Positions 53,762-64,000 of a DNA stretch of 64,000 nt are shown here, piece by piece. The position numbers and the translations under genes were made by a program. The number at the start of each line of letters is the position of its first letter. Position 1 is the first letter of the stretch. Source of the DNA: Phoronis australis (Eukaryota; Animalia; Phoronida); assembly GCA_002633005.1 (NCBI GenBank), contig NMRA01000265.1, positions 129,526 through 193,525 of the forward strand, in the 5' to 3' direction. The notes beneath the pieces were generated by a model. The model was not told the DNA's origin. It saw only the letters and a list, made by a program, of their open reading frames with translations, and made no database searches.

Positions 53762-55739
53762 CTAGCAGTAAGACAAAGGCATACAGATATGAGGGGTGGT
53801 CCAACGGTAGTGGGGATTAATCCCTGCATTACAACTCTTTCCAAGCATCACATTGTGTATTTAGTAGTAGTAGTAGTATTTATTTACTATAGTGACAAGT
53901 ACAATTAATTCAAACAGTTATAAGTATTACATTCGTAAGAAAGATAAGTACAGCCTTGCTGGGCTTATTAGTCACTTTAACCACACAACTCAGATGTAGG
54001 CCTACCATAAATGCGTTGGTTTCTAAGTTCAAAAGCAGACTTCACATGTGGCACATTTTCTAGGGAAATACTGAAACAGCAGTTTTAACATATCTAATCT
54101 TATGAAATCTGCAAAGTTCGGGATTTGAAGTGAAACATGGTAGATTAGACTTGGTTACAGCTAGACCTACCTGCAGTTTCCACTGAAAAATGGATTTAAA
54201 TATGCAATCTTCAAATTAGTTTCAAGTAAGTGGAGCCAAAGTACAGAAACAATGTAAAATCTCGCCAATTTCAGACAAAAGAATCATCAATATTCCCTTA
54301 ATTTTTCAAAACTCTTTACATTGTTGATGATGGTAGGCCCGGAAATTTGCGAACAACTTGAACACGTAAAAGCATTAACGTGGCACCGCACGTTTTTTGA
54401 AAAAATAAGAATGCAAAATTTGACTTGTCTTCCATAATGTGTCCTAAACTCATGGGATTTCACGTAGCCTAGTAAGACATACTGTAAAATGGGAAGCCGA
54501 TAATCTTTGATCTGAAGCAGTTTATTACTTCTGCCACAACCACTGAACCCAATGTAAATGAGAAAACCTGACTGATCCTGTGTCTTAAGTTTTCAAAAAT
54601 AAATTTTCACTGAAAACTGTGAACATTGGTAATATACTAGAAACAACTGTACACCTAGTAGACCTTGAAATTTTCAAAGGCACAAACCAATCACAGAAAT
54701 GACTATGTAAACAAAAGCATATCCATTGACCAACATATCTTTTACTGATGTCTGGGTCTGGGATAAGCTGACAAGGTTTGCCTGAAGTACTTTGACATTC
54801 ACACTACAAGTATACCAAGAACAAGTTACCAGAATTCTACACTTACTCCACCTATTACTAAAATTGTAACAACTGGCAGCTGCTGCTCCCTCTAGTGCCA
54901 CTATTTTGCAATATGAAAATTTGTTGTGTGAACAGAACACATTTTAATCTAGAATGTTTTAGCTAAAAAGTTTTAGAAAAAAATTATGCCCATGTGAATC
55001 CAGCTAATGATAACAATGAGAGAATGTTTTCTCCAAACATTTAAGGCACATAAAAACATAAGCAGTAACTCGGGATATTACATAGAACATATACTGAGCT
55101 CAACCAGCTAAAACTATTAAACGGATACAAGTAAATCCTAAACTTAGTTATTACTACTCCGAAAATGGCGTTTTAGGCCGGCAGGGAGGCAAAACCCATT
55201 GAGCGTCGCAAAAGCTGGATAGGTAAGAATCAACATAAAGATGGGCACACCAAATTAGCAACAACTTCTTAGGACCCCAGGAAAGTAAAAATATAATTCC
55301 TTTGATTTTATGATGCAATGTGAAGGACAGTAGAATATCACTGATCACATATTTTAACAAAAATATAAACATTTTAATAAACTTTCTTTTAAGAATGTTC
55401 ACTTCACAGGGTTTGTACTGTTCACCAGTCCTCAAAAACATTTGGTGAAAGTGTGAGTTATTAACAACCGTGTAGTAACTCGTTTGAGAAATTTGAATAC
55501 CGGTAATTTCTTTGTCCCAAATCAAACAAATTTTATCTTAGTAGGGGTCGATGTGCCCTCGCTGGCTCCCCTGCTTCACAAGGCCTCGCCTTTGAGTGGG
55601 ACAGCATTGGTTGCATTCCAATATCAGAGAAAACACTGATTTCACACTCGCTCAACTGCCGTACCAATTTCCAACTTGACATTCAAGAACAACCCGAAAT
55701 CTATGGCAGAAAGGTGAGAGGTGAACCTGACTAATCTAC

Positions 55740-55923
55740 CTGGTGCATCATCTGTTCCATCCTCTTCAAGAACAATAGTATCGCCGTCCAGTAATGAGGC
55801 ATTGGCAGTCATCTCTAATGGAACTCGAGGTTCATCTAGATCCATCTTGTAGCTCCTCAGATTCAACTCCTGAACCAAGTCAGCAATCAACTCTTGCACG
55901 GTTACATCATTTTCTCCATGAAG
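55740..55923 (-). CDS. Exon A of RBD-like + RhoGEF (DH) gene: LHGENDVTVQELIADLVQELNLRSYKMDLDEPRVPLEMTANASLLDGDTIVLEEDGTDDAP (RBD/ubiquitin-like fold)
   Basis: Acceptor ttcttatttag|CTT, donor CAG|GTAGAT; 184 nt, phase 0 to 1, matching the next exon. The pattern T-V-x-E-L...P-L-x-x-x-x-x-A-S-x-L-x-G-x-x-I-V-L-E resembles Raf-type RBDs of RGS12/14 and PLEKHG5 (recalled, not searched). Confidence 0.85.
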
Positions 55924-57739
55924 CTAAATAAGAACAGTGTAAAGTGAGTTCAGTCCTAAGTGAAACATGTTGAACATGCATAGACAATTAAGATGCTCTC
56001 AAGTTCTGCCAGTCTGAGAGGGAGATAGCATAAACACCAATCTAAAGTAAATCTTCACCTACATGGGCAAACCTAGGGCAGAAGATTGGGATTTCTTAAC
56101 ATCGCTTATTATTAGTGTAGTAAGTATTTTGCACGAACTTTAAAATCAGCGCATACGTAAACAGAGACATTGTAGTAGTGGACATTTCGATTAATTTTAT
56201 CACTAAACCATTCTCAAGACAAATGATCTTCACAATACTCTAGTCAGGTAACACAAGAGCACTGCGTCAGAACAGGTACATACCAAAATGCATTGTGCAG
56301 CTAACAAAAACAATATGTGGTTAAAATTTAGATTATCTGAAGAAGGCATGGTCAGAAATATTGGAAAGTCATATCAGTTCCAAAACGTTTTAAAGAAACA
56401 AAAACGAGTCAAAAGCTCTATAAAATATTCAACTACATGAACATAATGGAATGAGAAAAAAATAAGATACAGAATTACTTTTAGAACTAAAGTAATAATA
56501 AATAAATAATTAATCAAACTGGATACCAATTTCATGCTTTGTGGAAGGCTTCCCAGTCTATGAAAAGAAAAGTAACAATGGTTTAGTAAATGTACCAATC
56601 CATGTCAATAGAAGGCCAACATACTCTGGAGATGTATTCTACAATTCAGAAAATTATTTTAGTAAACAAACAACTAAGATATTCCCTCACTATGTACCGT
56701 ACAACAATAACATATTACCAAAGAATTTCTGCACAAGCCTAACACTCACATCAAACACATTCTGTCCCCTGGACTATCAGGATATTTGCTCAAGATGTTC
56801 TTTTGGTCAATTAGTTTAATGAAATCGGTTTGCATGTTGTTGCACGATAAATTCGCATAATAAATGCAAATTTGCGTAACTAATGCAAATTAACGGCGTC
56901 ATTATTCAAAATTCTACTTGTGCTTATAGCTGCGGATTACGAAGCACCACAGGTGAACTCTCATGATATTTGAACCCATTTTCCTATGGTCAATTAGGTT
57001 AATGAAATCAGTCTGCAAGTAGCATGATAAATTAGCATAATTTATGCAAATAAAGGCAGACATTATTAAAAATTCTGTTCCTGCCCATAACTTTCTTACG
57101 GGGGGGGGGGACAACATGTAGATTATTTTGGTATTTTTACAGATGAATTTAATGTAATCAGCTGTCATTACATCATAAATAGTATTTTATCACACATTAC
57201 AAATACTAGTTTTGCCTGATACCCAGAGCAGTAGATGAGCAAATTGTTTAATTGCATAAACCAAGGACAATAACCTACCGAACGAAGACCCCGTTAGTCA
57301 CAAGACGTTTGAAATGTTAATTCAACACTCTTAACACGAACACACTACTACAGTATAATGTGCCCAAAATATTGTGCGGGGGGGTACCCTTTCCGATTAT
57401 TAGTAGCATGCCACCGTGTTAAGTTACACCCCAACAGAGCAGAGGGAGGAGACCTTCACAATATCGCTACATAACTTTATATCTGCAACTGTACTATCCT
57501 TATTTGGTGATTTCATGGTTGTGGTATTTGAAGCTGCTCCTTGTCTTAGTAATGCACACGAAGGACAAATACATTTTTGTCATCCGAAACAACCTAAAAT
57601 TTGTTAAGTTCATATGCATATTTCACGTCCTGTTGCACAATAATGGAGCTAGCTTTTTCGTCGGATGTGTCCAACGTCCTTGTACTATATTAAGGGACAA
57701 GGGTCTCCATCAGTGATTACCTATACTAGTGTTCCTGAC

Positions 57740-58140
57740 TTACTGGTAGCCTTTCTCGAAGTTTGTAACATGCCTGCTTATTGTTTCATGTATGTTAACT
57801 GTTGGAGTAGCAATACTGTCAGTGGTAATATTCACCACTGCATCTTTGGGATCGACATTGTGATCCAATAGATCGATGCTGGTATCTACTTTTGACAGAT
57901 TCATGCAATATCCTGGGCATGTGCATCAAGACGTGACTAGTACTTTCTTCCGTGTGGTTTTAGTACAAGGTCTAATGTTACTGCTCTCCATCTCTCCAAG
58001 ATCTGTTTCAATTTTTTAGGGCAAATGGCAACTTGTGCGCAGAGGGCAATTCCCTACTATTCCCTCACTACTGACTATTTGTACCTCATGAATGTGGTCC
58101 CTATAAACTGATCGTTCCGAGCTCCATTCCAGCATTCGCC
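57740..58140 (-). pseudogene. Frameshifted transposase remnant (Academ-like)
   Basis: Colinear fragments in different frames: GECWNGARNDQFIGTTFMRY (58140-58081), SEGIVG, HTEES, SIDLLD...VVNITTDSIA...VNI. These resemble recalled motifs WNGIWSD.FIETTFMRYG..GG..GI / HKEE / IDPLD..LVNI.TG.IA..VNV of marine-invertebrate Academ-type proteins. Confidence 0.6.
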
Positions 58141-58495
58141 CAAGTCATTAAACTAATCTGCATTTTTCTATGGTCTGTGGGAGCGCAGGACAATAGGCAA
58201 TACCTTTTTTGGACTTTAAGGTCTCAAACTGCAGAACACTCGCTACACAAATTATTTTCTTACTTCATCATCAAAAAGGAGATTCTGCAAATTGATCATG
58301 CTACAACCTGCAAACAGATTTCATGAAATTCATTGACCACTAAAACATGGGTGCAAATATTTATAACAAACCTCTGACTGTAAATTATCAATTACGCAAA
58401 CTCATGATGGCCATGAAAACATGAGATAAATTCGAAAATAATCTACATATGTAATGCCCATAAGGAAATTATGAGCAGAAACAGTATTTGGAATA

Positions 58496-58939
58496 CTGTG
58501 GTCAGTTGCATGAAACAGTCCCAAATAGGCACTCATGACTAAGGTCCCAATGTCTTTTCGCGTATTTGTGTCTTTATGGACTCAGATGCAATTTTTTTAT
58601 ATAATTTCATCTTTGTTATGAGCTCCTCTTTGATTAATGATATTTTCTAATAATATAACTAAAACCTGGCCCCAGAGTTCATGGAAAATATATGAGGACT
58701 CAGTCCTTAAACTGAAGGTGTTGCATAAAAAGATCCCTAATTATTTTCGATAATATTGACAATTCAACGTAGAGTTTACTCTAGATTTGTATCAAAGTCA
58801 AAAGTTGACTTAGTAATGATTCAGAAACTAAAACAGCATTAGAAAGGACAATCGGTGTTTTCACAAGTCCACAAATACGCAGTAGATTTAAGGAACCTAC
58901 AAGTCCCTATTTGGGACTCTTTCATGCAACCGGGCACTG
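58496..58939. mobile_element. MITE nested in the Academ-like element
   Basis: ~35-bp TIRs: ctgtggtcagttgcatgaaacagtcccaaataggcact ... agtccctatttgggactctttcatgcaaccgggcactg. Confidence 0.75.
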
Positions 58940-59894
58940 GTGTCCTTTATTTGTATAAATTATGAAAATTCATCATGCAACAATTTGCAAACTGATTTCA
59001 CAGAAACATGGGTAAAGATGTTAAAATATTTTACTTGGAGTGCCTGGTATTTCAGCTATCAGCAAAAGTACAATTTTGAATAATGACGGCCTTAATCTGC
59101 ATAATATATATAATGCAAATTCACCATGTATCTACCAGCAAAGGAGGTCCATTAAATTCACTGACTGGAAGCATCAGTGAAAACATTAAAGTAACCTGCC
59201 TAAAGTGCTTTATAAGGGCTGTTTTAAGACATGATTTTGAATAATGGTGGCCTTAATTTGCATTAATTATGCAAATTTATCATGCAACAACATGCAATCT
59301 GATTTCATTACACTGACCATAGAAACAATTAGGGCAAATATGATAATTCACCAGTGATGATTGGTACCACAGCTATTAGAACAAGGACCTTGAAAATTTT
59401 GAATAATGGCGACCTTAATTTGTATAAATTATGCAAATTGACAAAGTATCCACCTAAAAATCTTCACTATTACATTTGCTGACCATGAAAACATGGGTGA
59501 AAGCATCAAAATAACCTGCCTGCAGTGCTTGGAAAGGAAATTATAAGCAAAAATAGAATTTTACATAATGGCGGCATTAATTCACCTAAATTATGCAAAT
59601 TGACACTGTATTCACCAAAAAACGTGGGCTATGAAATTTGTTAACCACGAAAACATGGTAACAACGTCAAAATTATCTGGCTGCAGTGCTTGGTAAGGAA
59701 ATCATAAGCAAAAATAGAATTTTGCATAATGGCGACCTCAATTTGCATATTTTAAAAACTGCTCAAGTGTTGCGAACGGTCACCCCCCTAAATCATCATT
59801 AAACATGCCTAGGCTACAGAAACAGCAAAGGAAAAAACTTTATCCGGCAAATCCAGGCTCGGTAAAAAACAGCATTTGGTTCCCGGACTTATAT

Positions 59895-60202
59895 AGTCAT
59901 TCTAGCAAATCAGCATTCAATCTTTACTGAGCCAGCAAAAAGTCATTCTAGCAAATTAACATTCAATCATTACAGAGCCAGTAAAAAGTCATTCTAGGAA
60001 ATTAACATTCAATCATTACAGAGCCACCAAAAAGTCATTCTAGCAAATCAGCATTCAATCATTACAGAGCCAGTAAAAAGTCATTCTAGCAAATTAACAT
60101 TCAATCATTACAGAGCCAGCAAAAAGTCATTCTAGCAAATCAGTATTCAATCATTACAGAGCCAGTAAAAAGTCATTCTAGCAAATAAACATTCATTACT
60201 GA
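59895..60202 (+). repeat. 46-bp minisatellite, ~6.7 copies (AGTCATTCTAGCAAATYARCATTCAATCATTACAGAGCCAGYAAAA)
   Basis: Units start at 59895, 59941, 59987, 60033, 60079, 60125 and 60171 (last one partial). Confidence 0.95.
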
Positions 60203-63200
60203 GTTAGTCACAAAAATGTTCAACTCAATGTTAATGAATTATGACACAAAACTGTCAAAACAGTCAGCATAGTCTCTTGCTAATTAAACAATGTATCATA
60301 GATCCATTAAATCAAATCTGACTGCCACACCTAATTGTCTTGAGTAGTTCCCTAAGTGAGGTTGTAAGCGAACATCATTTTTTACTTGTTTCTGAGTCGA
60401 CCAACCAATAACCACAGTTAAACAGTTCAGTAATAGTAATATGAAAAGATTCAGCTCTCTAGATGACCATTAAAACGTTGGGCCTACTGAACTGTGACCC
60501 TAACCATACATCACCTGCTTCAAATGAATAAACATGCACATCAGCAAATCACAAAATTTTATCAACCTATTAAAAAGAGTACTCTACCTCAAAAGTGCAT
60601 TTTTTTTAATCGACTGACAATGACATTGTTGTAGTTAACATACCTTGACTACCTGTTCCCCTTGCCAGGTATCCGATCATTGCTATTTTTAGTTGTTATG
60701 TCAATTGGTCATGTGCACTTCGCCATTGGTGTGACAAACCATGACACGCACAGTTGTTTACAATATATTTTTCATGGTTTTGCTAGCTAGTAGTGTGAGC
60801 ACTCATGGGTCATTTGGAAACCTGTGAAATATTGTTCCACTTTTTCGCAATGCTTCATGTTATCCAGAACAGCCACACAAGACACCATCGTACTTGCAAA
60901 ACATGCATGACCATATGACGTCAGCATTGGACACGGGCCTGCCATACATTATGTTTGGACATCTGTTGACAACAGCACCACGCGTGGTTGCTAATAGAAG
61001 CATCGAAAGTATCTTGAAACACACCGTGATCACATCCAAACAACAAAAAACGTTAACTCAGTGTAACAGCAGAGTGCTTCTTTAATGTAGTTCAAATTTC
61101 AATGTGTTTCTGAGACATTGGCTCCATTTCAATGCTGCTGGCACAAATTTCAGAAAAAAATGCACACACAATTACACACTTCACGCTATCCTTCAGTTCC
61201 TGTATCCTGGAAATCTATTACATCAGTTTATCCCACAACTGCACAGAGCGTTACCTACTGATGTTGCTTGAAGGTTGCACACCTTCCAGTCCTGTGGAGT
61301 ACCAGGTGCACTATTTTCTTAACCAAATTTGAACTCTGGGTTTAATTATTCATATAAAGCTAGCGTCCAATCAAAAATTTTCAGATTAACTATCAGTTTT
61401 AAATTATTAGAGATGGCATTTAAAATCACCTAAGGCAGATAAAAGTTTGAGTTACAAAATTGGCCATAATCAGAAGAGAAAATCTTACATTGGTGGCAAT
61501 ATTCAAATTGCAAAAGTTTGTATCAGCTTACCTGCAATGGCACCAATAAGTGAATTGAACAAATAATTGACCCTTTATTGCAGCACCAGTAACTGTTTTC
61601 ACTCTGGCGTGGTGTGTACTTATTGGGTAACCCCAAGTACTAACACTGCACCCGAGTGGATTTTTCAAGCACTACAAATACGCTATCAAATTCATAATGG
61701 TGAAATCCAAAATTCAAACAAGATTATGATATATTCACTGTGAAATGCAAATAGGTGGCAGAATGATCCGAAGGAGTGGGTGAGAGGATAGAAAAGCTAA
61801 GAAAATTACCCCCTGATAGCTTTGCAGATATACAAATATGATTTTTAGCCTGTTTAATATTTGTGTCCCTCAAGTACTGAGAGCTGAAACTTGCACGGAT
61901 CTGACCCCAGCGTTAAAGCAAGGGCATAAGTATAAACGAAATTTTACCTTCTTGTAAAATAAAGCATTTTTGAGTTTAACGATCCAGGAGCAGTACTGTT
62001 ACCCAAATTTGTACCTCCAGGGTTAAATTTTGTTACAATGTTCTTTATTTTGTCACTGAAATGGCATTTTAAAATGTTAATTTTGGAAAAAATACAGTAC
62101 AGCAGTCACAAGGCACACGTAAATCATGAGCGTACACAGGTGGATCCAGGGAGGGGGTCGGTCCAGAACCCCCTTTTCCCTTGATTTAAGTGATATCAAT
62201 TTTCCTTTTTAAATCGTTTATTTGAATGCCTTATAATTGAGATTGTGTCTTTGCAGCTACATGCCAGCTCACTACAATCTCAAGATTTTTGATAAGGAAA
62301 CTGCCTATACTTGTGTACTAGGACGCCAAGAAATTCACAGTAAAACAGTTTATCCTTTGCTCTTTGGATGATAACCAGAGATAATCTTCTAATCATGTCA
62401 TTAACTAGGGCTATTAGTTTCTGGGGTTCCATTGTTGTGGACTTCACACCTGAGAAAAGCCAGACAGATCATGGCAATCAGCACTGAGGCAGACGTAAAC
62501 AAGTAGTAATATTTGACACAGGGCAGGTGAAAGACCTCAAGGGTGAATTGAAAGGATGACACAAACATATTGTTTAACAATGTACATTAGTCAGATTTAT
62601 GTTGTAGGTCAATCACTGGCTGAAAGACTATTACCTGGGTAATCTTCAGGTATTTTGCACATTAAGAACTGCCAAAATCATCACTTTCTTAATTTTTCAA
62701 CTTGACGACCTTGCTCTAAAACTGTAATATATAAGTACGGGAAAAAATGAACTATAATTTTCCTTCATGTTTACCAGAAACTCAAAACATTAAAATGCGA
62801 TTTTTTTCTGTCATATTGAGTGCATAGTAAAGGAAGATTGTCATGACATATAATCCTTATGAAGTCCTATTACCAGAGCAAGAATTAAGTTAAATATCTA
62901 ACATTTAGTGGGGACTTTTCATTTTGGTTCTCTAGAGCAATGAGAGCATAAAAGCGATTTCCTCTTCATTCTGGTTGAGATTTGGTGGCCCCCCAGAAAT
63001 TCAAGTACTATAGTGGTTCATTAATTTAAAAACAGAGGAACAAATCCCACTGTCAGTCCCTTCCACTGTTTGATTTAAGGCTGGGTTCAATAATTCATTT
63101 TAGCTTTTTGACATCAGCTGGGATTAGGATTTTCCCACTTTATTAGTCGCAGCTTCTGAGTTCACAGCCGCGGATTCTTCTTCACAGTGGGAAATGTATG

Positions 63201-64000
63201 GGACATCGTGTCCTTCATCTATGAATATTTCGACAGGTTTGCCTTTCTGCATGAGTCATTTAAGTACACCCCACTGCACAGCAATGGAAATTGCCAAGCT
63301 TTGTGAAGGCCAGGAGATCGGTACCTCCCATCCGCGTTACATGGGATCTTTAAGTGGCGCTGAACACCTGTCCACCAAAGACCTGAACGCCATCTGACAA
63401 AATAGTGAACGTTAATATGGCCTGGCTATGTATTTCAAAGCTCAATTATTCGCAGATCCGAAAAAAATTATGCAGAATCACAACTTCTGGAACTTGCAGT
63501 AAAGTAATTTGCCCGACATTGCAGAGCCGCCTCCAGGCTCCTATTAGAATTAATGATTGACTGGTTCCACGATAATTTTGCCGCCCCTCTTGGCTGGTGT
63601 TCCTATTGCAAGGTTGTTGTATTGTTAATTCCAGAAGTAGTGATATATATTCTTAGCATGTAGTTACTCACTTGGATGAGTGCTAATGTCAATCAACTAA
63701 TTAATGAAGTCACATTTTACTGCTGGATCACACTGGCATTTTGTTGAAGACTTGTTCAAATAAAACAGCAGAACTTAAAACACGCGATGTTCATAGAATC
63801 ACAGTTGCCAACATTCCAAAGTGAATAACAGTTTATTTGTATTAAAGGCCAAAGTGCAATAAACAAAAATTAAACACAGGCACATTTGTACAGTCAACCC
63901 ATTTAAGAGTTGTTTTCTTTTAAGCCCAAAATACACATATTTAATAACAGACATCTCTGGATTAGTTAGCACTGGCCTTCTTGAGTTGGGTGCTTCCATT

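Larger units (their letters stand above)
56790..59890 (-). mobile_element. Decayed Academ-like DNA transposon with inverted subterminal repeat arms and transposase remnant
   Basis: The left arm 56790-57100 is an inverted copy of the ~162-bp subrepeats at 59080-59760. The terminus reads (a/t)AGTCCGGGAACC on the minus strand. The interior carries broken transposase-like peptides. Confidence 0.6.

Noticed and set aside
56541-56819. IHVNRRPTYSG resembling the Penelope RT VYRKPT motif
   Set aside because: Single weak motif with no in-frame FLD or other RT motifs.
58264-58307. Phase 1-to-0 mini exon (GCSMINLQNLLFDDE) that could bridge 60644 to exon A
   Set aside because: It lies in the Academ-like element, the acceptor comes from its subrepeat, and the peptide is not RBD-like.
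59895-60202. CRISPR-like appearance
   Set aside because: No unique spacers; a plain tandem repeat in eukaryotic DNA.
61532-61640. Donor CAG|GTAAGC as a possible upstream exon
   Set aside because: No convincing acceptor or start, and the peptide is not RBD-like.

Overview
AT-rich, intron-dominated animal genomic DNA. The repeat landscape suggests a marine invertebrate (inference only). There is one 378-N gap and two single-N contig joins. Most six-frame ORFs are chance ORFs. The main feature is a minus-strand multi-exon gene. Six phase-consistent GT-AG exons (55923-55740, 53761-53659, 51165-51075, 45588-45543, 43236-43167, 39431-39329) splice into 199 uninterrupted codons encoding an RBD/ubiquitin-like fold followed by the N-terminal two-thirds of a divergent Dbl-homology (RhoGEF) domain. 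I could not find the expected next exon (VQR...) in the remaining ~39 kb. That stretch and the preceding intron instead hold several candidate alternative first exons (41938, 40244, 36884, 28474) and a promoter-like island (~34.5-34.9 kb), suggesting isoforms that drop the RBD and most of the DH domain. The introns also hold a decayed Academ-like transposon with octamer-rich 162-bp subrepeats, a TTAA-flanked inverted-repeat element, several MITEs, tRNA-derived SINE heads, a ~95-bp hairpin repeat family, a 46-bp minisatellite, and an apparent heterozygous TE insertion caught at a contig join.
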